From: Paraspadella gotoi
Lineage: Eukaryota > Animalia > Chaetognatha
Length of the DNA: 64,000 nucleotides
NCBI GenBank assembly: GCA_051294375.1
Contig: JBJCIZ010000239.1
Span: 6,281,074-6,345,073 of the forward strand
Reading direction: 5' to 3'
Of the stretch, positions 40,827 to 50,300 are shown piece after piece; position 1 is the stretch's first letter, and every line of letters begins with the position of its first letter. The position numbers and the translations under genes are program-made. The notes beneath the pieces were generated by a model. That model was not told where the DNA came from and did no database searches. It was given only the letters and a program-made list of their open reading frames with translations.

Positions 40827-42645
40827 AGCACAAAAACATGAACGCGTGTGAGACACGCGTCGAGAGAATTTACTTGAAAAACTGGAGGAGAAGAGAAGAG
40901 AAAAAAGGAGGAACGTGAGTCGGCGCTGGCGCGGCGGCGCTGCCGCGTCGGCAGCGGCGGCGGCTGCTGCAGCGTCAGCTGCCTCTACTGCTGCGTCGGC
41001 AGCAGCTGCATCGTCGTCGGGCTGCAGCGTCGACGGGTTTCCTCCGGCAAGCCGGAGGTCAAACCTCAAAGTCAAAACTGGTGAGGTTTTTTTTTGTGTT
41101 TTGCTGTTTTGCTGTTTGTTTTTTTTGGTTTTGTTGTTGTTTTTTTTTTTTTTTTTTTGTTTTTTTGAGAGTTTTTTTTGACGAAGATATATATATGTAG
41201 CTGGCATTTTGTTTATAATATGCAATTTTTTTTAGACACTAAATCACGATGCTCGTTCGCTCGCTTACTTACTCACTTTCTCAATAACTCATTCTCTCTC
41301 TCTCTTCTCTCTCTCTCTTCTCTCTTCTCTCTCTCGCTTCTTCTTCTCTCTCTCTCTCGTCTCTCTCTCTTCTCCTCCCACCGCGGATATATTTGCATTC
41401 TCACCACGGCCTAATCTCACCCCCCCACCCCCCTTTTTTTCCACAGAGCCGCGTTTTCTCAACGACGGAAAATTCGTCTCGAACCTTCGACGGCAGTTCG
41501 GTCGAGGTTAAGTTAAAAAAGCGGAGGCCGAAAGCATTTGGTTGAGTATCTGGTTCAGTGTTTGGGTCGAAATTGAGAATTAGATACGATAATGGGACGC
41601 TTTCGGAAGATAGTGCCAACGGTTTAAATCAAAATAATACCGTGCAAGAACTTCTTTGCTAAGTTTAGCGATGTTAGACATATATATTAATGCGAGTTAC
41701 GAATGAGTCGAGTTCTTTACGACTTAAGATATCAATTAGTTAATTATCAAGACTAACAATTAAAATTACTATACGCAATGATTAACATTTCTTTCCCGCA
41801 GTTTGAAGAAGACAGAAAAGCCGTTTTACGATCCGACGACGACGACGACGACGACGACGTCGAAAAACCTTTGTCCGCCCAAGGCGCCGCAGGTACGAAC
41901 CCTATTGCTCACCGATCGTTTCGTCCGGTCGTTGACTTACTTTTTTATGCTCTACTGTATGAAATTTTTTAAAAAAATTCTTTGAACTAGTAAAGAATAA
42001 TCGTATGTGTATACTATACTATACTTAACATACCAAACTATGAAAAAGACTTTGATTGATCTGGATCTTGCTATATCTTGTAAGAGGGATGAAGGCCTGA
42101 ACCCAGCATAGCCTGTCCGTTGTCATGAGCGAAATACCTCAATTTATTAAATGAAAATTAATTAATAATTTTTGTACCGGTTTTACCTATTTCATAAATG
42201 TTGTTCCTTATAAATTAAGTATATAAATTTGAACCAATATAAAATTATTGAATTATTATCCATTACTTTGGACAAGCTAAGCACTTTTTTAAAATTATAA
42301 GTTTTCCATAAAGATTCTGCCACACTCCCGGGAGCAGCTGGCTTCACTATCTGTGAATGTTCTATGTTCTATCTGTGATTGTTGTATGATGTTTTAGGAA
42401 CTGTTTCAATTTTGTTTAAGGATATATTAATAGATTTCAACTTAAGCAATCTCGGAAATTCGTTTTACAACATTTACAACAATTCGCCCTTCACTATACA
42501 GGCGTCATCTTTAAACTACGAAAGCGTCATGCCCGAATTTCTGCCCTACGTCTCGCCTTCCCTCACGCCCCCTACATACTCGTACACGGTCATGCAGCCT
42601 TTCGAGGAACCTCTGGTCACCGGTCCTTATCACAGATGGATATGA
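4759..42645 (+). CDS. TET: TET methylcytosine dioxygenase, multi-exon gene span (includes artefactual internal duplications; start codon not located)
   Basis: Exons encode, in order: PQCKC; [10 protein letters not shown]...[19 protein letters not shown]; [14 protein letters not shown]; [14 protein letters not shown]; [12 protein letters not shown]; [19 protein letters not shown]; [25 protein letters not shown]...[15 protein letters not shown]; and C-terminal VTGPYHRWI-stop. All are hallmark metazoan TET motifs. Confidence 0.97.
6736..6825 (+). repeat. Coding 9-bp tandem repeat (gacatcaat)n encoding (DIN)n
   Basis: Directly visible inside ORF 6511-7395. Confidence 0.95.
8000..8223 (-). mobile_element. 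tRNA-derived SINE in a TET intron
   Basis: Minus strand begins ccgtggactcattgagtaaagccagc...ccgggttcaatcccaacc (A-box-like element plus B-box GGTTCAATCCC). The body is shared with the element at ~16.05-16.22 kb. Confidence 0.75.
10010..13860. other. Indel-rich duplicate of ~14000-17530 (probable assembly artefact)
   Basis: Colinear exons, introns and SINE; differences are mostly single-base insertions; bounded by N gaps. Confidence 0.85.
16050..16220 (-). mobile_element. Second, internally deleted copy of the same SINE family (noisy duplicate at ~11940-12130)
   Basis: Shares taagac..aatccgta.cttct, aacgggt..ctgggcttggaa, ttacggccgt and tggctttactcaatgag with the 8.0-8.2 kb copy; the B-box region is lost. 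Confidence 0.65.
18140..18356 (+). repeat. Coding 15-bp tandem repeat encoding (Q-M/I-A/T-P-G) pentapeptides, about 14 units
   Basis: caaatggcgccgggt-type units within ORF 17977-18546. Confidence 0.9.
19078..19277 (-). repeat. ~200-bp dispersed structured repeat, copy 1
   Basis: Reverse complement aligns end to end with 39092-39296, including the identical block gacttccctctgcgttggcaaagcgagacc. Confidence 0.85.
21085..26570. other. Noisy extra copy of the TET Cys-rich/DSBH region, degrading to garbled sequence after ~24400 (probable assembly artefact)
   Basis: Colinear with 26572-31340; exons are frameshifted by scattered indels. Confidence 0.85.
26639..27904 (+). CDS. TET: TET Cys-rich domain exons, cleanest copy (26639-~26771, ~27170-27424, 27735-27904)
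   Basis: DILEQERL...[18 protein letters not shown]; [84 protein letters not shown]; [19 protein letters not shown]...[14 protein letters not shown]. Confidence 0.95.
28656..28784 (+). CDS. TET: TET Cys-rich loop exon, variant A (129 nt, phase 0/0)
   Basis: aaag|GGT...AGG|gtacgc; translates [43 protein letters not shown]. Noisy copy at ~23110-23233. Confidence 0.9.
28938..36160. other. Noisy duplicate of ~36162-43140 (TET 3' half; probable assembly artefact)
   Basis: Every exon, intron and repeat is reproduced, with frequent 1-bp indels; the junction lies in a (CT)n tract. Confidence 0.85.
36162..36289 (+). CDS. TET: TET Cys-rich loop exon, variant B (128 nt as assembled; 129 nt if the A-run has 8 A as in the 23.4 kb copy)
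   Basis: aaag|GGA...TTG|gtaagt; translates [40 protein letters not shown](KRL). Noisy copies lie directly after variant A at 28938-29082 and ~23366-23491. Confidence 0.88.
36691..37627 (+). CDS. TET: TET DSBH N-part exons (36691-36906, 37001-37271, 37476-37627), including the Fe-binding HxD
   Basis: ...[31 protein letters not shown] | [51 protein letters not shown]...EQLHTLPLY...[16 protein letters not shown] | [15 protein letters not shown]...; splice phases are consistent. Confidence 0.96.
38452..38763. mobile_element. MITE-like element of the same family with a degenerate (CCTAAC/CCTAAT)n core (noisy duplicate at ~31310-31625)
   Basis: Left agctctcttttccaagagcgccccat; right aagggtcgttctgggaaaataaggct; telomere-like hexamers at ~38550-38705. 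Confidence 0.6.
39092..39296 (+). repeat. ~200-bp dispersed structured repeat, copy 2 (noisy duplicate at ~31960-32176)
   Basis: Inverted relative to 19078-19277. Hairpins cagtgac/gtcactg, gggtc-ggaa-gactc and gccc..at/atgggc. Confidence 0.85.
39864..41080 (+). CDS. TET: TET DSBH C-part exons (39864-39998, 40394-40524, 40829-41080) with the second Fe-ligand His and the 2-oxoglutarate-binding Arg
   Basis: [15 protein letters not shown] | [43 protein letters not shown] | HKNMN... Confidence 0.95.
42502..42645 (+). CDS. TET: TET terminal coding exon
   Basis: cag|GCG...; ends [14 protein letters not shown], matching the conserved TET C-terminus (human TET3 VTGPYSRWI). Confidence 0.93.
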   Translation, partial: ASSLNYESVMPEFLPYVSPSLTPPTYSYTVMQPFEEPLVTGPYHRWI

Positions 42646-43080
42646 CGTTGAAGAATAAACATGGCATGGCAGCGGAGCCATGCGCGACATCCGCCCCCTC
42701 CCCCACCGACGCTTGGACAATAAAAAAAAGGGACTTTAGCGATGCACGAACGCATAATGACGTATCATGGAAAAGCGCGAACAATCTCAGCGAAGAAAAT
42801 AGGAAAACGTTTGTTTTGCTCCAGTTTTTGTTATGCAAAATTTGTGGGTTTTTATTTGGTCTTACGGTTAAAGATTTTTTAATATATTTAATAATTAATT
42901 TTACATGATCATTAGTAGACTTTTTTCTAACGAAAAAATTATTTTCTCATTTCATAGCATTTCTCTCTTTCGCTCTCTCTTTTTCTATTTATAAAAAATT
43001 GGGTGATTATTTATGTTCATGTTTTCACGCATTCATTGACTTCTTCGTCAACCCCGCTCTCTCTCTCTCTCTTGCTCTCA

Positions 43081-43140
<60 letters not shown>

Positions 43141-43578
43141 TCTCTTTCTCTCCCTCTCTCGACTGTGCTAAGTCTATTTATTATTAGCTAAATACGTTAC
43201 ACTCGTTGCATTTATGGGTAATAATCGTTTGTTTATTTGTTTTTTTCTTTAATCGTAGGATGAATTTTATTGCATTGATATTTGATCTTTAGTTCCAATA
43301 TGATCCTACACATGAAACAATGGTTTGTTGATTTCTTGTTGTTCAGTTTTTTTATTCATACCTATAAGCAGTTTTTGAAATATTTGTACATTATCTCATT
43401 TTTAGGTCACGAATATTCGTGTGAATTAATATAACTTAATATATATTCTCCATGACACTGATTAGTACGTTTGGCCATAAAAACATAGAGATCAGATTAA
43501 ATAACAATGGCAGACTTTGGTTACCTGGATGTACTTAACCAGCGAAATTTCAAACTTTTAGCTATGAAAGTTTAATTT

Positions 43579-43744
43579 GGTCATGATTTTCAAAACGCCC
43601 CATTTCGAAATAAATTCGAAATTAGGTTAGTTTTTTATTAAATTAGTACAACTAATATAAAAAATTATCTATTAATTTAATAAATAGGCTATCTTGATCA
43701 GATATTAGCGTCAATGATATGGGGCGTTTTCGCAAAATAGCGCC
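43579..43744. mobile_element. MITE-like element with ~25-bp terminal inverted repeats
   Basis: Left ggtcatgattttcaaaacgccccat (43579-43603); right atggggcgttttcgcaaaatagcgcc (43719-43744). Confidence 0.65.
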
Positions 43745-43746
43745 GG

Positions 43747-44264
43747 TTATGACTCTTTCTCCGCGTTCTTCTTAGCGATGATCCTTTGATACAATCGACT
43801 TTGCAACCATTTGTGATTCGCATCTTTTTCACGTGATTTATTTTCGTCGTCGCTTTCGTTTTTTTGACACCGTTGCTTCGCTCGTCGGAAGATGCTTAAG
43901 ATTCTCTGGAAATGGTAAGGGAGGAGAGAGAGAGAGAGAGAGAGACATTGAGAGATGGACGGATAAAAGTCCTAATTTTAGATCAACTCAATATTTACTT
44001 ACCTGTAATCGAGGAAGTAGGTTAAAAGGCGGCGGGAGAACAGTCCCGTGCTCCACCGACTGCCAGATAAAACACGCGCGAGAGAATTTCCATTCACGAT
44101 CGCTGTTTCTCAACGTGTCCTTTAAAGCCGGGTGTGCGAAGAATGAATTAGGGATCGACGGACATATTATTGGTCAACTTTTTTTTTGAGAGCTAGGTGT
44201 GCAACGGAATAAAATAATAGTACAATCGATATACAAAGGTTATTTATCATTTAGGCTGGAGGAG

Positions 44265-44303
<39 letters not shown>

Positions 44304-47300
44304 AACCTGAAAGGATTGCCCCATTTTGGCGACGAGAACGTTCATCATAAGCACCACCAGCAGAGCGTGATGGAGCGCGCTGATGGAGTAGCCGAAGAAC
44401 TCGGTCGCCTCGTGGGCGTTGGACTCGATGTCGAAGGGAAGTCGGAGGCGGAACTCGTCGACGATCCGCTGGAAGGTGGCGTTGGTGAGCGTCGGATGGC
44501 AGAGTAAGTTGCGGAGGTGAGTCATCGTCGGTTCCGGGAAGAGTCGACCGTCCGAGTCGCGAAGATTTGGGACGTAGACCTTCCAGGTGTAAAGCGAAGT
44601 GAAAATTGTAAATTTAACATTAAATACAATTGTAAAGGAATAGTAAGTAAGGAATAAACAACTCATGAACATTAATTTATAAAATATAATTTTATTATAA
44701 ATTTGTAATTTACGCATTAGGCTTTATTTAACCATATGAATGTTTAAATTTCATAACAGCCTTTTTTTNNNNNNNNNNNNNNNNNNNNNNNNNNNNNNNN
44801 NNNNNNNNNNNNNNNNNNNNNNNNNNNNNNNNNNNNNNNNNNNNNNNNNNNNNNNNNNNNNNNNNNNNNNNNNNNNNNNNNNNNNNNNNNNNNNNNNNNN
44901 NNNNNNNNNNNNNNNNNNNNNNNNNNNNNNNNNNNNNNNNNNNNNNNNNNNNNNNNNNNNNNNNNNNNNNNNNNNNTCGCCTTGTAGGCCTTTGGATTGC
45001 CCATTCCGAAGACGTCCCACAACACGTTGGTGAGGATCTTCTTGTAGTTGGACATTTCCCAGGCGGTGGATTCGCAGAGAGGAAGATTAGTCACGGGGTC
45101 GGTGCGGATGTGCCAGTAGTCCTGAGTTTAAGGAGGGTAAGTTCATCTGGGTGGGAATTTTTCATTCTCGACTCGTTGCGTTTTTCAAGGAACAAAGAAT
45201 TTTAGGAAAAAGGAAAGAACGGAAGAGAAAAGGAATTAAATGTTCCGTTCTGTTCTGTTCTGTTCTGTTCTGTTCTGTTTTGTTCCGTTTTGTTCTGCTC
45301 TGTTCTGTTCTGTTCTTTTTCATTTTCGTTTACCTTCCCTTTTCCTTTTCCATGTCCCTTTTCTTTTTTCATGTCCCTTTTCCTTTTCCATCTCCCTTTT
45401 CCTTTTTCATGTCCCTTTTCCTTTCATTTCCTCTTCCCCTTTTCATCTTCCTTTCTACAACTCACCCTGTAGGCAAAATAGAGAAACTGATATCCCATCG
45501 AGAAGCAGATGATGACAGCGACGCCCATGACCAACACGTAGCTCACGTCCCTGATCGTGCTGCACAGCATGATTTGCAGCACGCCGACGGAGCGGTTCAG
45601 CTGGCAGATCTGCAGCAGCCGCAGGAAGGAGAGCAGGGTGGCGAGGAAGAAGAAAATCTCCGCAGCCAAGAGNNNNNNNNNNNNNNNNNNNNNNNNNNNN
45701 NNNNNNNNNNNNNNNNNNNNNNNNNNNNNNNNNNNNNNNNNNNNNNNNNNNNNNNNNNNNNNNNNNNNNNNNNNNNNNNNNNNNNNNNNNNNNNNNNNNN
45801 NNNNNNNNNNNNNNNNNNNNNNNNNNNNNNNNNNNNNNNNNNNNNNNNNNNNNNNNNNNNNNNNNNNNNNNNNNNNNNNNNNNNNNNNNNNNNNNNNNNN
45901 NNNNNNNNNNNNNNNNNNNTATTGGAGACAAATTTGTGTGGACGGAGCCTGATTACCATGGGTTTTTCCTTAAATGTTATTTTTGACTAATAAATTTAGT
46001 AATTGAACGTTTATTAAATGTATTTATAGTTCAATAAATGTTTATCAGCTCATTATTCGGACTTTTGATATCAAGTTCCAATGCACAATCAAATATAAAC
46101 TTTTAGATGGCCAATTTATTTTATATGCGGCCATCTTTGACTAATTGTATCATTTAATAGACTTTTGTTTTTCATTTANNNNNNNNNNNNNNNNNNNNNN
46201 NNNNNNNNNNNNNNNNNNNNNNNNNNNNNNNNNNNNNNNNNNNNNNNNNNNNNNNNNNNNNNNNNNNNNNNNNNNNNNNNNNNNNNNNNNNNNNNNNNNN
46301 NNNNNNNNNNNNNNNNNNNNNNNNNNNNNNNNNNNCCAGTCCCGTCAACCTGTCATCCGACGCTACGCCACACATATTGTTTTCAATAAACGATAATTGA
46401 AAAAATAAAAAAGTAAATAAGATTAAAACAAACAACAACAACAACAGCAACAACAGCAAAAACAAACAAAAAACAAAACGAAAAAAAATACCTCCACCCC
46501 CTCCGCCGCCGCCGCCGCCGCCGCCTTCCCCTCCGTTGACCAAAAACCCGACGCCCCAAGTGACGTAAGACGCCGCGAACGCCGCCGCCGTCGCGACGGC
46601 GTACAAGTTCCACGACTGAGAAAAGTAGAGTCGCGCCGCTTTGGCGCAACGCCAAGGAACGGCGCCGGCCACGTGCGCCGCCAGCGCCGCCGAGTAGACG
46701 AGAAGTACGAGCTCGATCCGGTCGAGGCCTTGGCGGTGGAGGCTCATGTGGCGGGGACCTCCAAAGGCCTGCTTGGTCACCTGTGGGTGGGGAGATGGGA
46801 TTGATTGGTCGCTTGAAAGAGATTGATTGGTGAAAGGAGACCGGATAATGATTGGTTCGAATGATTGGAGGGAATTGATAGGAAAGAGTTGATTAGTTCG
46901 TCGGATTGATTGATTGATTGACTAATTCTGATGGTTTTGACCAATTAAAAATCAATTAGAAAAATTGGAAAGATTTCTAAAAAAAATAGACNNNNNNNNN
47001 NNNNNNNNNNNNNNNNTTAGACTGTCTTCTCTTTTTCTTGGGTCGTCTCTCGAATGTCTCCTCCCTCTCAGGGTGTGTCGCTCTCCTCTCAAGTCTCTCA
47101 TCTCTCTCCCCTCTTCTACATCTACTTCATCCTCGTCGATAGCGTCGTACTCCGTTCACTCTACATCGTGCCATCGCTCGCTTTCTCGTTCTCAATCTTT
47201 CTCGTGCGTAAACTCACTGTCCGTGGCACGTCGGTCCGAGAAGAATCTTCTATACTGGTAGATCCTCGGCTCTCAGACCGCCCCCCGGTCGACACTTCAT

Positions 47301-50300
47301 CCCACTTAGCGTCCCCCCCAACCCCATTCCCCCCCCTTCAAACTCTCAACTCGCAGCAGACCCCAGAGAAGACTCAAAGCAGACCCAACTCTCACCCTCG
47401 CAGCAGAGCAGAACCAAGAAGAACGACGTATGCCGCGTAGAACCTCAAACCCTGGCGGCGTCCCGCTGAGAAGGCTCGAAGGGCCCTCGAGGCGCGAGGA
47501 AACTGGCACGAGCATCTCGTAGATGAGAGAGTCGCAGGCGAGGGAGACCCGGAAAGCCAGGGAGGAGGGAGGCGGTGCCATGTTGAGTGTGGAGGAGGAA
47601 GCGTGCGGTGGGTGTCGAGCGGATGGCGAAGGGCTGCGTGCGAGTAGAGAGCAAGCCGCAAGCAAGAGCAGGCAAGAGACGGGGCGAGACTGTGAGCAGA
47701 AGAGAGTAGAGAGAGGTAGAAAAAACTTGAAATACATTTCAAATTTTTTACGAGTGAATTGTGAGATGGAGAGAAGCGAAGAACGAGGAGACTCTCTCGA
47801 AACAGAACGCAAGAACACTGACAGCAGTACAACCTGTCGGTTGTGAGACCTTACGAAGTCGATGTCGAGACACTACAGAGAGAGGAGCATCAGTTTATAT
47901 ATTTTCCCTACACTTATTTATCACTGTGGTCTTACATTACTCTGGATTGGCGCATCTTTTCCTTTATTGGTGTCAACCTTGTTTATTCGATTCTCTCTCC
48001 TCCTCTTTTTCTTGTGTACTAATACTCTGTTATCTCAGAATCTTTCTTGTGTGCCATCTGTAGCTATTTGACTGTTATTGCTTTCTTTAACATTGTAACT
48101 TGTAGTTTTCCTTCTTATTCATTTATCGGTGTGTTTGTTAAGATATATTCCACACACTTACTTCTTTTTTTACATCTTTTGATTTCCACCTTCTGTCTTT
48201 CGTGTGCCTGCCCTCTTAATCTCATCGCTTTGGTTTCGACCTCGTCCCGACTCTAGATCGCGCCACACCCCCACCCTCACTCAAAAAGAAAACTCAACAC
48301 CGATATATATAACATCCCATACAACCACCAGACACACACCCGAACGAACCGCCCACAACAAAATGAAGGCCAAATACTACGTTCAGCCTCAACAAAGTCG
48401 GAGAGCGAAGAGCTCAGCGCCCACGTGGCGCGATGGTGCCCCGCAAGCGACAAAGTGTTGTTAAACGTATCATTCCACCACACCCACGCTTTCTCTCTCT
48501 TAAAATTTGATATCCTGCTTTAATTTGTAAATATGAAGCCGCTAATTTTCTCTCTGCGCAGTAACCTCCTATTTTTTTTTCTCTCTTTCCTGCTCCATCA
48601 TCCCAACTGTCCTCTACGATTACGAGAGTCTGGTTTGTTCACCATATATCGTCCCTAATATACAATACTCTCCTCGCTCTCGATATAAGCAAGTTCAGCA
48701 GTTTTTCCTATATAATAGTTCAGAATCATAATAGGCGTAAGGGCAGAAATACAATCCTCCTATCTATTATAATTTCAGAGGCCAAATTTATTTTTCAATA
48801 AAGTGGAAATAATAAGTTTATCTAAATATGTCATCCCGCTTTCGTAGCTATTATTTCTATACAATAGCCCCGAGGCTCTGTACAATCTGGCCATTAGTCT
48901 AATCCTAATTTCAGGACAAGGCTTTAGGGTTTCATACGAACACGCGTGTAGCGGTGGACTGGAGAGGTACCCAACAGGGAACTCTCGGATAGCCAAAAAG
49001 ACAACATTGAAGGTCCCGCATAGAGGCGCTTACTCTAGCAATTAGAAGTGTGTTTCGTCCGCAAGTTCTAGGGACATGCTTACGCTCATACTTTAGAGAA
49101 AGGACTCTGCCTATGGAATTGAATTGAAATATTCTACGACTGCACCAGCATATATCTCGGATCGACGCGACAGTCTCGGACTTCTACATACCGCGACTCG
49201 CCCTACCTGCGCGTACAATGCCCATTATATCTGTAGTATATAACATATGATACATAAGTGTTTGCGAGATGCCGGTAGTTCCGGCCGCCCCACACTGTAA
49301 CACATTACTAACCTCGCTAGCCAGCTCGTTTAAGGTCAGGGGCCAAGATATTTATTTAGAATACATCTCGGTGAAATTGATGTGACGAATCTCCCTTCAG
49401 CTGGGTACGCATAGTACCGTCTTTGCATAACGACGTACTGTGTATGCCCCCTTTCTGTTTTAGTAGAATTTCATAGGAAAATTTCCACCCCGAAGAGCAA
49501 ACATGGCGCATATCATCCTGACATACAGATACTAACCCCACACCGTATGGGCCATCACACACGTCCAAGACGCCATCCACCTGACCCACACTTCATCAAC
49601 AGCGTAAGCGCATTCCCACCGTCGTCATGCAGAGTGCCCATGCGCCGGACAACGTCGCACACGAAAGACCGCAAATGTCTCTGATCCCAGACTTTTGACC
49701 GCGCCGCGACAACGACTCACCTCATCAAGAGGCCGCACTCGCGCGTGTCCACTCGCCGGCTCGAACCGCCACATACCTCGCGGCTGTCGTGTGGCCTCAG
49801 TATGCAACTCTGCTGCCCGGACTGCCTCCTGTCAGCGTGAGCGCGGAGACTCCGGGAAAAGAGAGGAGGCGAGGCAGATCGGTAGGAAAGCGTGTCAGCG
49901 GACCTCTTGTGCTTCCCGGATTCTCCGGTGCATACTGCGGTCTGGTCCGCTGATTATGTTTCCACCTAACTCCCGGGTTTCTTTCGTCATATCGTATCGA
50001 ATGGTCTAAACACGCAACGCTCACTATAAATTAGACAGTCTCCGTATAGCGTGTGTGCGTCTTACGCCTCATTGTCTCAAAAGACAATACGGAATATGAA
50101 GATCGCACACTCAGAATGACCTATTATTCGTGAGGACCTCCTGCCGTACCGGCGCCAGACCTATGCCAGGACAATCCCTAATAACTATCAGAATGGAAGA
50201 GAATAAGAATGACGTCGCTGAGAGGCGTCACCCGGCTCCATCTTCAACACATTACTTCGTATACCAAATACACGCGTCCTGCCATCAGACGTCTCGTTTA

